DNA from: Crocosphaera sp.
Lineage (GTDB): Bacteria; Cyanobacteriota; Cyanobacteriia; Cyanobacteriales; Microcystaceae
DNA: 32,000 nt
Direction: 5' to 3'
Assembly: GCA_030064955.1 (NCBI GenBank)
Contig: JASJDW010000020.1
Location: forward strand, 4,310 to 36,309
The translations under genes and the position numbers were made by a program. The stretch's first letter is position 1; every line of letters starts with the position of its first letter. The notes under the pieces are model-generated. The model ran no database searches, was not told the DNA's origin, and worked only from the letters and a program-made list of their open reading frames with translations. Below, in pieces: positions 15,031-24,393 of this stretch.

Positions 15031-17157
15031 TTATTGGGCCTTGCCAACCAAAATGACAATAGAGCGATCGCCGAGTAAAATTTGAGATTGATCAGCTAAT
15101 GGGGGTTCTTTTCCTGGTTGATAACAATCATCGGGTGAACAACAACCCGTATTGACAAAAATATGCCAAGTTAGGCCGTGGGGAAGTTGAGGGAGTTCAA
15201 ACCCCAAAGTCTCCCAATACATATTCATGGCAACATAGATATAGTCGTCTGTTTGGGTTCGGAGTTGACTGTGTTGACCACACAACATAAAGGCTAAAGT
15301 TTGATGATTTTCTGACCAGTCAACAAACCATTTTTTGGTTCCATGCCAACTAATATCAGCATAACCACTTCCCACATAGTCAGTGTTGGCAAAATGAGTA
15401 CGGTTCCTTAAGATAGGATGGGTTTGACGAAAGGCAATACAATGCTTGACAAAGCGTAATAAGTCAGCATTTTGAGCGAGAAGTTCCCAATTAAACCAAT
15501 TTAGGGGAGAATCATGGCAATAGGTGTTATTGTTGCCTTGTTTGGATCGTCCCACTTCATCCCCCATCAATAACATGGGAACTCCTTGGGATACCATCAG
15601 TAAAGCGATGGCGTTTCGCATTTGTCGCTGTCTTAACTGGTTAATATGAGGATCATCGGTCCATCCTTCTACTCCACAGTTCCAACTCTCGTTATTATTC
15701 TCCCCGTCGTTATTATTCTCCCCATTCGCATCGTTGTGTTTCTGGTTATAGGAAACGAGATCCCCTAAGGTGAAGCCATCATGGGCGGTGATAAAATTGA
15801 TAGAAGTAGACGGTGGACGGTTAGCGTGGGCGTAGAGATCAGGGGAACCTTGTAAACGTTGGGCAACTTCGCCGATATTCCCTTGACCTTTGAGAAATTT
15901 ACGCAGGGTGTCACGATATTTCCCATTCCATTCTGACCAACGGCCAAAGGCTGGAAATGATCCCACTTGATAAAGTCCTCCAGCATCCCAAGCTTCAGCA
16001 ATCAGTTTACACTTGGCTAAAACGGGATCAAAGGCTAAGGTTTCGAGGAGGGGAGGGTTGGCTAAGGGAGTTCCCCAAGGATCTCGTCCTAAGATGGAGG
16101 CAAGATCAAAACGAAAGCCATCAATATGATATTCTGAAGCCCAATAGCGCAAACAGTCAAGTACCAAATTTCGCACAATAGGATTATTACAATTAAGGGT
16201 ATTACCACAACCACTAAAGTTGAAATAATAACCTTCTGGGGTCAACATATAATAGGTTTTGTTATCAATTCCACGAAAGGAAATATATAGACCGTTTTCA
16301 TTGCCTTCTGCTGTGTGATTGAAGACCACATCTAAGATAATCTCAATCCCATTTTTGTGCAAATCTTTCACTAAAGTTTTCAGTTCATCCATTTGCATTC
16401 CTAATTTTCCGGTCGCAGCATAACCAGCTTTTGGGGCAAAAAATCCGACGCTACTGTATCCCCAATAGTTATATAAAGTTTCTCCTGTAGTGGGAGATTT
16501 TTTAGAATTTTCAAATTCATCAAATTCAAAAATAGGCATTAATTCAACAGCATTAATTCCTAAGTCTTTTAAATAAGGAATTTTTTCCCTAAGTCCGGCA
16601 AATGTTCCTGGGTATTTAACCTTTGATGAGGAATGTTGAGTAAAACTCCGAAGGTGCATTTCATAAATAATTAAGTCTTCTAGGGGAGTTTCTAAGGGTT
16701 TATCGTCTTCCCAATCAAAGTCATCTAAAGCGATTCTAGCACGATGTTGATAAATATTATGACAGTTAGGTTCTTGTCCCCAAATATCTCTTCCTCCGAT
16801 TACTTTAGCATAGGGATCTAACAGGATTTTATTAATATCAAACCAATGACCTTCTTGGGGATTAAATAACCCATCAAAACGATAACCATATTCAATGTTT
16901 TCGTAGTCTAAATCAAAAACTATCATACTGTAGACATTGCCGATCTTAAATTCATTGGGGAAAGGGATTTCTACTAAAGGAGTTAAAGCGTGTTTTTCAA
17001 ATAAAACGAGCGTACAAGCAGTCCCATGACTAGAATAAATGGAGAAGTTCACCCCTCCAGGAATAATGGTTGTCCCAAAAGGAAAAGGTTTTCCACGACG
17101 TAGTTTAAAGTTTTGGTAATTGTGGGTTGGATAAGTATCAATTCGCTCTAACATCAT
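15031..17157 (-). CDS. glgX: Glycogen debranching enzyme GlgX (GH13 isoamylase-type)
   Basis: 708 aa. The N-terminal domain (PFPFGTTIIPGGVNFSIYS) is followed by GH13 regions VILDVVFNHT, GFRFDLASIL, LIAEAWD and FITAHDGF, then HNDANGENNNDG...SWNCGVEG, which is typical of GlgX. Confidence 0.9.
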   Translation of the reverse strand: MMLERIDTYPTHNYQNFKLRRGKPFPFGTTIIPGGVNFSIYSSHGTACTLVLFEKHALTPLVEIPFPNEFKIGNVYSMIVFDLDYENIEYGYRFDGLFNPQEGHWFDINKILLDPYAKVIGGRDIWGQEPNCHNIYQHRARIALDDFDWEDDKPLETPLEDLIIYEMHLRSFTQHSSSKVKYPGTFAGLREKIPYLKDLGINAVELMPIFEFDEFENSKKSPTTGETLYNYWGYSSVGFFAPKAGYAATGKLGMQMDELKTLVKDLHKNGIEIILDVVFNHTAEGNENGLYISFRGIDNKTYYMLTPEGYYFNFSGCGNTLNCNNPIVRNLVLDCLRYWASEYHIDGFRFDLASILGRDPWGTPLANPPLLETLAFDPVLAKCKLIAEAWDAGGLYQVGSFPAFGRWSEWNGKYRDTLRKFLKGQGNIGEVAQRLQGSPDLYAHANRPPSTSINFITAHDGFTLGDLVSYNQKHNDANGENNNDGENNNESWNCGVEGWTDDPHINQLRQRQMRNAIALLMVSQGVPMLLMGDEVGRSKQGNNNTYCHDSPLNWFNWELLAQNADLLRFVKHCIAFRQTHPILRNRTHFANTDYVGSGYADISWHGTKKWFVDWSENHQTLAFMLCGQHSQLRTQTDDYIYVAMNMYWETLGFELPQLPHGLTWHIFVNTGCCSPDDCYQPGKEPPLADQSQILLGDRSIVILVGKAQ

Positions 17158-17187
17158 AATTTCTCTTGAATAACTAGATCAAGTTTT

Positions 17188-17769
17188 TTAGTTATTTTTT
17201 GTTGCTTTAGAATACAACCAAAAAGCAAATATTCTGGTCATACGAGGCATAACAATATAAGTCATTAAATGCACTAAAATTACTGTTAAAATTAATGTCC
17301 TTTGTGGAGAAGGCAAATTACTTAAAATAGGGGCAAGGATCAAGTTAATTAAGTTAACCAATGGAAAGATTGCTAACCAAGTAATGACAGCCATTTTATA
17401 GCGTGGTGGAGGAATAATAGGTTTATTTCTCGAAAGCGTAAACCAAGTTTCTAACCCTGTAATTACTTCTATTATGGGTGATCCAACTGTTAAACTTTCT
17501 CCTCTTGCAAACCATTGACGACGACATTTTGAGCGTTCCCAACGTTCTAAGTTACTACGAGTATTGAATTTAAAAACGATTAAATATTCTCTATGAGTTG
17601 GATCGGTGGGGGGAAAAACGTTAGTCCCTAAATGTCCTTCAAAAGTCATTGACGCATTAATAATTCCTATCAGAAATTCCTCAAATTCTTTTTCACACCC
17701 TGGTTTAACTATCCGTTTAACAGTAACAGTTACAGGGGGATTATCATCAGTATTAGTTTGACGTTCCAT
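17188..17769 (-). CDS. ABM (antibiotic-biosynthesis-monooxygenase-like) domain protein with C-terminal transmembrane helices
   Basis: 193 aa. The N-terminal ferredoxin-like ABM pattern (VTVTVKRIVKPGCEKEFEEFL...YLIVFKFNTRSNLERWERS) is followed by three hydrophobic segments. The start codon lies inside the 3' end of the upstream STAS gene (17-nt overlap). Confidence 0.6.
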   Translation of the reverse strand: MERQTNTDDNPPVTVTVKRIVKPGCEKEFEEFLIGIINASMTFEGHLGTNVFPPTDPTHREYLIVFKFNTRSNLERWERSKCRRQWFARGESLTVGSPIIEVITGLETWFTLSRNKPIIPPPRYKMAVITWLAIFPLVNLINLILAPILSNLPSPQRTLILTVILVHLMTYIVMPRMTRIFAFWLYSKATKNN

Positions 17770-18097
17770 TGACTTGTATTAAGGCTGTTTCAAGATTATT
17801 ACTAAGGGTAAAAAAGTTGAGAAATCCTGTTACTTCCATCACATCTTTTACATCTTCAGACAGTCCAATTAAAATAACTTGACCTGCTTGATTTTTAGCT
17901 TGTTTATAGAGGTTTAATAAAACTCTTAAACCAGCACTTGACATATATTCAACTTCAGTTAAATTTAAGATAATTTTGCTCTGAGGGGTTAATAATGGTA
18001 GTAGTTTTTCTTGAACCATAGATGAAGTTTGTCCATCCATATCTCCTATGAGTTCAGCAATACAAACATCTTGTTGATTTTTGAGATTGATTTCCAT
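17753..18097 (-). CDS. STAS-domain anti-sigma-factor-antagonist-like protein
   Basis: Conserved motif VEYMSSAGLRVLLNL. I place the start at ATG 18097 (MEINLKNQ), 46 nt after the upstream gene's stop. Confidence 0.85.
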   Translation of the reverse strand: MEINLKNQQDVCIAELIGDMDGQTSSMVQEKLLPLLTPQSKIILNLTEVEYMSSAGLRVLLNLYKQAKNQAGQVILIGLSEDVKDVMEVTGFLNFFTLSNNLETALIQVNGTSN

Positions 18098-18143
18098 AAT
18101 AAATACCTGAATAGTGATGAAATTAAGGGAAGAAAAAACTTTT

Positions 18144-19961
18144 TTAAACAGGAACAATGGTAACCTTTACTTTAACTCTTTGTTCTGTTTTAGGAAGGTT
18201 GACAGTTAACTTATCCGCATCAAAATCATAATAAGATTCTCCCTCTATTTCCACTGAATTTATTTTGATAGAACCTGGGGGTAAAATATCAGGAGAAACC
18301 CTTAAAATATTATCAGAAAATCCTCCTGGTAAGGGTTTAAAATAAAAGTCCATAGGTTGTTTAGTAATCAATAAATTGGTATAAACGGCTGCTAAATAAC
18401 ATAACTCAAAGGAATGATAACCACTCATAGAATGACTCCCTTTTCCTCTTTCATTACCACCACTTAAATAAGGAATACCATTGGCTAAAACATTGAAGTA
18501 AACCCCTCCATCTTCTATGTCTAAAAACCAAGCATTATAAAAGGCCGCTGCTTCACGAGAAAAGCGATGATATTCTTCATTCTGAAGACAACCTGTTAAG
18601 ATTAAATAAGCCAAAATAGCTTGTTCTTGTTGCCACCAAGCTTTGCGATCGTGCCACACAAAACGATAAAATTCTTCCCCTGGTTGTAAACATCTTTCTA
18701 CCACATCATACCATCCTCCACGCTGGCGATCGCTACCAACGTCAGGCATAATATTAGCGATATTTGTTGCTAGTTTAAGATACTTTTCTTTGGGGTTTAA
18801 ACTATACATTCGCATTAAGTTCCAAGCAATTTTTAAGTTGTGGCCAACTACAGCACGATTTTGTTGCCATCCCCAGGTTATATCTGCTGTCCAATCTTCA
18901 TTGAATCTTTCTTGTACATAGGGACTATTTTCGGGATCTGGAAAGTATTTTTCAATGGTATCAAAGGTATCTTCTAGCATTTTTTCATATTCTTTGTTGC
19001 CTGTTGCTAACCATAAATTAATCAAATAAGCTGGAGCATGATCTCCAATAGAATTCCAATTTTTCTTAGCTTTATTCTGTCCTAAAGAATCACTTTTTGG
19101 ATCTAGAGTAACTGGATCAATATGAGAAAAATATCCACCATTTTCACTTTTATCTAGAAAAAAGTTATCAAAAAGCTTAATGGTTAACTCAGTATCTTTT
19201 AAGATAGCGGGATCACCATTAATTCGATAGGTTTGAACGGGGCCAGCAAGAGCATAAATTTGTTCATAAGCAGGAATAGCATGATAATCATCCCCAAATT
19301 CTGAGGCAAATATTTTTTGTTCTCGAATACCTTGAACATCAATGCCATGATACCAATAAACAATATCTTCATCAAGATCGAGAAATCTCATATGTTCTCG
19401 TAAATATTCAGTACCTTTTTCTGCTGCTTCTAAAAATTCATCTTTTCCTGTTAATAAATAAGCCGTTGCAAAACCATATACGAGACGGGATATGGTATCG
19501 GTTTCTTGACTAAAGTTATCAGAAGATCTTTCCCCAGATAAAGCTAAATTCGTTCTATAATTACGATAATTAATCTCACCTTCAGGAAATTGAGAGTTTA
19601 AATAAAAATGACCTAAAGATGCAATTTGATTAACCCACCATTGAGGTTTCTCAAAGCGGTATTCATCAGGATTTCGACCTAAAAATATAATTTGTTTAGC
19701 TTCAAATTTAGAACTATCAGGATAAAAAATACCATAAGTAAATAAATAGCGGCCAGGGGTTAACATAGTCCGCATTGTTCCTGTCGCATCGGGATAAGGT
19801 TCATCTAAGTTTTGAATAAGTTTAGCATAAGTCATGGGGGTTAATAAGGCTGTAAATTCTCGATTATCTGATGTTTTTATGCCAAAAATATCATTAGTTT
19901 GATCAAAGTAAGTAACGTATCCAGCAATCAGATCAGAGAAGGGAAAAGTAATGTTATTCAT
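18144..19961 (-). CDS. AGE-family (N-acylglucosamine 2-epimerase-like) (alpha/alpha)6-barrel protein with ~150-aa N-terminal extension
   Basis: 605 aa. Repeated aromatic/acidic helical-hairpin pattern and an AGE-like motif VVGHNLKIAWNLMR. The assignment is by eye only, and substrate specificity is unknown. Confidence 0.5.
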   Translation of the reverse strand: MNNITFPFSDLIAGYVTYFDQTNDIFGIKTSDNREFTALLTPMTYAKLIQNLDEPYPDATGTMRTMLTPGRYLFTYGIFYPDSSKFEAKQIIFLGRNPDEYRFEKPQWWVNQIASLGHFYLNSQFPEGEINYRNYRTNLALSGERSSDNFSQETDTISRLVYGFATAYLLTGKDEFLEAAEKGTEYLREHMRFLDLDEDIVYWYHGIDVQGIREQKIFASEFGDDYHAIPAYEQIYALAGPVQTYRINGDPAILKDTELTIKLFDNFFLDKSENGGYFSHIDPVTLDPKSDSLGQNKAKKNWNSIGDHAPAYLINLWLATGNKEYEKMLEDTFDTIEKYFPDPENSPYVQERFNEDWTADITWGWQQNRAVVGHNLKIAWNLMRMYSLNPKEKYLKLATNIANIMPDVGSDRQRGGWYDVVERCLQPGEEFYRFVWHDRKAWWQQEQAILAYLILTGCLQNEEYHRFSREAAAFYNAWFLDIEDGGVYFNVLANGIPYLSGGNERGKGSHSMSGYHSFELCYLAAVYTNLLITKQPMDFYFKPLPGGFSDNILRVSPDILPPGSIKINSVEIEGESYYDFDADKLTVNLPKTEQRVKVKVTIVPV

Positions 19962-20025
19962 GAGTCAAGATTTTTGGTTTTTACGAGAAACAGCAAGAGA
20001 ATTTTGTAGATGGCAAAAATGAGAT

Positions 20026-20475
20026 TTAAGGTACTTGTTTTTGTTCTATATCATTAATACGATAAATTCGTACATCAGCAGGTTGTTTAAGAATTTCACT
20101 ATAGGTTTCAGTGAGATTTTGTGTGTAAGATTTTTGAAGATGTTCTTCAAAAGCTTGTTCATTTTTCCAGTCTTCAAAGAAAAAGAATAAATTTGGGGTG
20201 TTTTTATCTTCATAAAACACATAACTATTAACTCCTTCTTCTGTTTCATTGGTCTTAGTTTGTACAATATTTGCTAAGTCAAGAAACCTTTGACGGTATT
20301 CAGGTTTAACTTCTAAATAAGCAATCACAATTAAAGGTTTTTCTGTGATGACTTGTTGCGTTTGAGCATAAGTTGATGAAGAGTTTAGACTGTGTTGTTG
20401 ATGATTATAAATACCAAAACCAACAATCAGAGAAGCCGTAATTAATAGAGGGTAAATTTTGCCAATGAGTTTCAT
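20026..20475 (-). CDS. Secreted ABM-domain protein (YgiN-type quinol-monooxygenase-like fold)
   Basis: 149 aa. N-terminal signal-like helix (MKLIGKIYPLLITASLIVGFGIY), then an ABM pattern IVIAYLEVKPEYRQRF...FFFFEDWKNEQAFEEHLQ. Confidence 0.6.
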   Translation of the reverse strand: MKLIGKIYPLLITASLIVGFGIYNHQQHSLNSSSTYAQTQQVITEKPLIVIAYLEVKPEYRQRFLDLANIVQTKTNETEEGVNSYVFYEDKNTPNLFFFFEDWKNEQAFEEHLQKSYTQNLTETYSEILKQPADVRIYRINDIEQKQVP

Positions 20476-20500
20476 GGTTAACTCCTTAAAATAATGGAAA

Positions 20501-22078
20501 CTAAATGCGTCTGACTGCTAAAATAGTGATATCGTCAGACTGTTCTTGATCACCCGTATGAACAAAAACTTTATGTCGAATTGTATCTACAATTTCTTGA
20601 GATGAATCAAAAGGATTTTCAACAATTTTCAAAACAGTTTCCCTCGAAAAAAATTCTTTATTTGAGTTGCGTGCTTCTGTAACGCCATCGGTATAACCTA
20701 AGAGAATATCTCCTGATTCTAGGAAAATGTTTTCAATCTCAAATTCAACATCTGCTAACATTCCAACAGCCATACCTGTTGCTTCTAAAGATTGTTTAAT
20801 TTTTCCATTTTTGTTGATAATTAAAATGGGTTCATGACCTCCATTAATATAACTTAATTGATAAGAATCTAAACATAACACTCCCATAAATAAAGTAGCA
20901 AACATTCCTTCATTTCCATGATTATTAGCGATGTAATCATTGGTTAATTGAACCGTTTTTAAAAAGCTTTTTGCAGTTACTTTAGATTCATGACTTGAGT
21001 AAGAGCGAGCCGTAAAAATGCGAATTAAACTCCTAAATAATCCCATAAATAAAGCAGCACTAACTCCCTTACCACAAACATCAGCAATGACAAAAGCAAT
21101 ATTATTGTTGGGAAGTTCAAAAACATCATAAAAATCTCCAGCAACTCGACGAGCAGGGGAAGTAAAAGCAGCAATTTCTATACCTGGTTTTTGCAATAAT
21201 TCATGAGGTAAAAAAGCCTTTTGCATCAAGCGACCTTTTTCTAATTCTTGATCAAGTGCTTGAGAATAAGCTGCTTCTCTTTCTAAACTTTTTTGAAGGG
21301 CTAATTCTGCTTGTTTACGTTGATAAATTGCTTCAGTAATTTGATTAAACATTTGCTTAAAAGCAGAAATTACGTCCCCTAATTCATCCTCTCTTCTCAA
21401 AGAAGCAGAAGAAAATTTTGGAGGTCTTTGATCATAAAAAATAGCTTCTCCTGCTGCTAATAAATCCCATCGCAATCGAAAAATAGGTATCAATACAATT
21501 GGTTCTAAAGCAATCCAAATAACAATAGTCATGAAAGCAGAAATAATCACAACTAAGCCGATTATTCTGCCAATATAAGCTATTAATCCCCTTAAAACTG
21601 AAGAAGCATCATGACGAAGAATAATTGTATATTTGGTTTCCATCTGTGAACCTGACCAAACCACATCATCATAAAAACTTCCTTGACGTTGAGGTTTATA
21701 ACTATCAATTTCAGATATAGAAATATTAGGAGAATTGCCGAATGTCCCTACAATTTCTCCAGAAGCATAATAAACAGATCCTCCTTTGAGAAAACTATTG
21801 TTTTCTTGTAATTCTTGTAATCTATCGATTAGTTGTTCTCCAGATATTTGAGGATAGGTAATCAAAATCCAAGCAACTTTTCCTGATGAAACTTCTTTTA
21901 TTTGCGATAAAAGTTCCCGCTCACGATATTGAACAGAAGGCACTAAAATAATCCCCTCAATCACAACAATTCCGCTAAAAACCCAAAAAATAATTTTTCG
22001 GGATAAAGGAGACTTTAACCTACTTTTTAAGCGAAGAATGTTTCGTTGGAGAAATTTTTTAGAATTTAGGCCAAACAT
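20501..22078 (-). CDS. Membrane sensor PP2C (SpoIIE/RsbU-type) serine phosphatase with HAMP linker, IcfG-like
   Basis: 525 aa. Two TM helices bracket a ~120-aa extracytoplasmic segment, followed by a HAMP/coiled-coil region. PP2C motifs: RVAGDFYDVF, ADVCGKGVSAAL, NGGHEP, YTDGVTEA, SDDITILAVRRI. Confidence 0.85.
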   Translation of the reverse strand: MFGLNSKKFLQRNILRLKSRLKSPLSRKIIFWVFSGIVVIEGIILVPSVQYRERELLSQIKEVSSGKVAWILITYPQISGEQLIDRLQELQENNSFLKGGSVYYASGEIVGTFGNSPNISISEIDSYKPQRQGSFYDDVVWSGSQMETKYTIILRHDASSVLRGLIAYIGRIIGLVVIISAFMTIVIWIALEPIVLIPIFRLRWDLLAAGEAIFYDQRPPKFSSASLRREDELGDVISAFKQMFNQITEAIYQRKQAELALQKSLEREAAYSQALDQELEKGRLMQKAFLPHELLQKPGIEIAAFTSPARRVAGDFYDVFELPNNNIAFVIADVCGKGVSAALFMGLFRSLIRIFTARSYSSHESKVTAKSFLKTVQLTNDYIANNHGNEGMFATLFMGVLCLDSYQLSYINGGHEPILIINKNGKIKQSLEATGMAVGMLADVEFEIENIFLESGDILLGYTDGVTEARNSNKEFFSRETVLKIVENPFDSSQEIVDTIRHKVFVHTGDQEQSDDITILAVRRI

Positions 22079-22125
22079 CTTAATTCAAAGTTGTTGTGAG
22101 TAAGGAGCAAAACAAAAAGTGAAGG

Positions 22126-22167
22126 GTTTAATCATTAATGTGAATGATTAAACTTGATTTTTTTGTC
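22126..22167. terminator. Perfect 11-bp hairpin with T-tracts, separating the OYE gene from the phosphatase gene
   Basis: gtttaatcatt-aatgtg-aatgattaaac (22126-22153). On the plus strand it is followed by ttgattttttt; on the minus strand by ccttcactttttgtttt. It starts 16 nt after the OYE stop. Confidence 0.5.
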
Positions 22168-22168
22168 A

Positions 22169-23278
22169 TTAATTCAAGGTTAAGTTAGCTCTTTCTAAAA
22201 AAGGGTAATCGATATATCCTTCTTTTCCTTGAGTATAAAAAGTAGAGCGATCATAATTATTTAGAGGTGCATTCAATTCAAATCTTTTTGGTAAGTCAGG
22301 GTTAGCAATAAATAGTCTTCCGTAAGCAACTAAGTCTGCATCTTCTGCTGCTAAAACTTCATTTCCTGTGTGTTTTGTATACCCTCCTGCTGTTATCAGA
22401 GTCCCTTGAAAAATAGGTCTAAAAAATTCAACTCCTAACCCACTACTTTGATCTTCATCATGTTTATCTCCTTTAATTCTAGGTTCAACAATGTGAAGAT
22501 AAGCTAAATTAAAGTGGTTCAGTTTTTGAGCAACATAACTAAATAAAGCTTCTGGGTTAGAATCAGACATATTCATAAATGTACTTGAAGGTGATAATCT
22601 GACTCCCACTCTTTTACTGTTCCAAACTTTAGTAACTGCTTCGGTTACTTCCATCAAAAAACGAGCGCGGTTTTCAATACTTCCTCCATATTTATCAGTG
22701 CGTTTATTGGAGCCATCTTGTAAAAATTCATCGAGTAAATAACCATTAGCACTGTGAATTTCTACCCCATCAAATCCTGCTTGTTGTGCATTTTTAGCAG
22801 CTTGAGCATACTGTTGTACAATTTGGGGAATTTCTTCTGTTTCTAATGCACGAGGGGTAACAAAGGGTTTTTCTCCTTCGTAGGTAGCGGCCATTCCTTC
22901 TGGTGCGATCGCACTGGGTGCCACGGGAAGTTCCCCATTCGGTTGCAGAGATGGGTGCGAAACCCGTCCAACGTGCCATAGTTGCATAAAAATGCGTCCC
23001 CCTTGTTGATGCACTGCTTCAGTGACTGACTTCCAACCTTCTATTTGCTGAGGAGAATGAATACCTGGAGTATGGGGATATCCGACTCCTTGGGGGGAAA
23101 TTTGCGTTGCTTCGGTAATAATTAAAGCAGCATTACTACGTTGTCGATAATACTCTACATTCATGGGTTGAGGGACATTTCCCTCTCCAGCACGCATTCG
23201 GGTTAAAGGTGCCATAACAATGCGTGAGGGTAGGTTTAAATCACCTAATTTGTAAGAGGAAAAAAGATTAGTTTGCAT
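22169..23278 (-). CDS. Old Yellow Enzyme family NAD(P)H:flavin oxidoreductase / alkene reductase (NemA/OPR-like)
   Basis: 369 aa. Motifs: MAPLTRMRA, ITEATQISPQG..YP.TPGIH, GGRIFMQLWHVGR, GVEIHSANGYLLDEFL, NKRTDKYGGSIENRARF. Confidence 0.9.
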   Translation of the reverse strand: MQTNLFSSYKLGDLNLPSRIVMAPLTRMRAGEGNVPQPMNVEYYRQRSNAALIITEATQISPQGVGYPHTPGIHSPQQIEGWKSVTEAVHQQGGRIFMQLWHVGRVSHPSLQPNGELPVAPSAIAPEGMAATYEGEKPFVTPRALETEEIPQIVQQYAQAAKNAQQAGFDGVEIHSANGYLLDEFLQDGSNKRTDKYGGSIENRARFLMEVTEAVTKVWNSKRVGVRLSPSSTFMNMSDSNPEALFSYVAQKLNHFNLAYLHIVEPRIKGDKHDEDQSSGLGVEFFRPIFQGTLITAGGYTKHTGNEVLAAEDADLVAYGRLFIANPDLPKRFELNAPLNNYDRSTFYTQGKEGYIDYPFLERANLTLN

Positions 23279-23393
23279 TGACTTATAGTGTCCAGTTTGG
23301 AGAATAATGCTGTCAAAAGATATGAGTTATAAGAGTGGGAATGTTTTTGATATTTTTTGTTTAGTACAACCCACTCCTATAATTAGGAAGAAA

Positions 23394-24026
23394 TTAAGAT
23401 GTAACTAACTCTTTATTAGTTTTATTCATTTCATCTAAGAAGAGTTGCATAAATTCTTCAACAACTCCTGGATGTTTTCCTGTAATGAGACTGCCATCTA
23501 CATAAGTTGCTGCTGTTTCATTACCGTTATACATAATAATCCCACCAGCATTTTCCACATCACAAATTATATTGTGAGCGCAGGTCACCTTACGGTTTTG
23601 AATTAGGTTAGGATCAGCACAGAAAAGCCATAAACTATGACAAATAGTTCCAATTTTTAAGTGATTCTGATCCATTAATTTGACTGATTCACGAAGAAAC
23701 TCAACAGCAGGAGATTTATTCAGTTGATTCGGTTCAGGATTCACTTGATAACGAAGGCGATCCATCGCATAACCACCTATTAAAATGATTCCTTGATAAT
23801 CAGTTAGTTTAACATCTTTGAAATCGATGGTAACGGTTACTTCTTCTTCATGGTCATTACCTTTAAAAGTTAGGCTGGATTGTCCCCAAAGATTGGAAAT
23901 GTATTCAACTTCATAACCATTTGTAGGGAAAAATTGGTTAAATCTTCGGTATTCAGTTTCATCAAAATGTTCTTCGATGAGAACACCTATTTTTCCTTTG
24001 ATTTCTGTATTCATTGTTACTACCAT
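23394..24026 (-). CDS. DJ-1/PfpI (class I glutamine-amidotransferase-like) family protein
   Basis: 210 aa with a nucleophile-elbow-like GTICHSLWLF and the flanking GIILIGGYAMD. An alternative ATG lies at 24014. The stop of the upstream gene is 6 nt away. Confidence 0.75.
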   Translation of the reverse strand: MVVTMNTEIKGKIGVLIEEHFDETEYRRFNQFFPTNGYEVEYISNLWGQSSLTFKGNDHEEEVTVTIDFKDVKLTDYQGIILIGGYAMDRLRYQVNPEPNQLNKSPAVEFLRESVKLMDQNHLKIGTICHSLWLFCADPNLIQNRKVTCAHNIICDVENAGGIIMYNGNETAATYVDGSLITGKHPGVVEEFMQLFLDEMNKTNKELVTS

Positions 24027-24032
24027 ACTTAA

Positions 24033-24389
24033 CTAACTATCAGCAAAAATTTCATTCAACATTCCAAAACAACCAGCAGCTTTATTAAAGCCAGCATAAA
24101 CACAAGTAAACAGCAATAATTCCTCAATTTCTTCTTTGGTTGCTCCTTGTTTAATCGCCATATTGACATGAGCAGCAAAAGGATTTCCTGGACCCGTTTG
24201 ATCTTGATTAACAACATCAATAGCAATAGTAATTAAAGCTTTAGTTTTCTGATCAATAAGCGGCAAACCCCAGGCTTCACCAGCAACACGGGTACAAAAG
24301 TCTCCAAATTTTGGATTAATACTGTTTAATCCTGCTTGTAATTCTTGGTCGTCAAGAACAGCATTTTTATACATTGTAATTTCCGTCAT
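24033..24389 (-). CDS. Carboxymuconolactone decarboxylase (CMD/AhpD-like) family protein
   Basis: 118 aa. CMD-type helices: DQKTKALITIAIDVV...HVNMAIKQGATKEEIEELLLFTCVYAGFNKA. Confidence 0.75.
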   Translation of the reverse strand: MTEITMYKNAVLDDQELQAGLNSINPKFGDFCTRVAGEAWGLPLIDQKTKALITIAIDVVNQDQTGPGNPFAAHVNMAIKQGATKEEIEELLLFTCVYAGFNKAAGCFGMLNEIFADS

Positions 24390-24393
24390 AACT

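Noticed and set aside
14985-15059. N-terminal extensions of several track ORFs: 15059 for STAS, 18157 for the second STAS, 4017 for the RTX-associated gene, 26877 for MazF, 30284 (TTG) for the amylase, 8404 (GTG) for hemD-like, and 14512 for the kinase.
   Set aside because: The extensions overlap upstream genes or encode implausible hydrophobic or low-complexity leaders. Internal ATGs give proteins of canonical family length, often with a better SD and sensible intergenic spacing.
15660-15760. Asn-rich segment of GlgX (HNDANGENNNDGENNNESWNCG) as a possible low-complexity insertion.
   Set aside because: This corresponds to the normally conserved HN.ANGE.N.DG...SWNCG region of GlgX-type isoamylases. 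It is only slightly more Asn-rich, as expected in an AT-rich genome.
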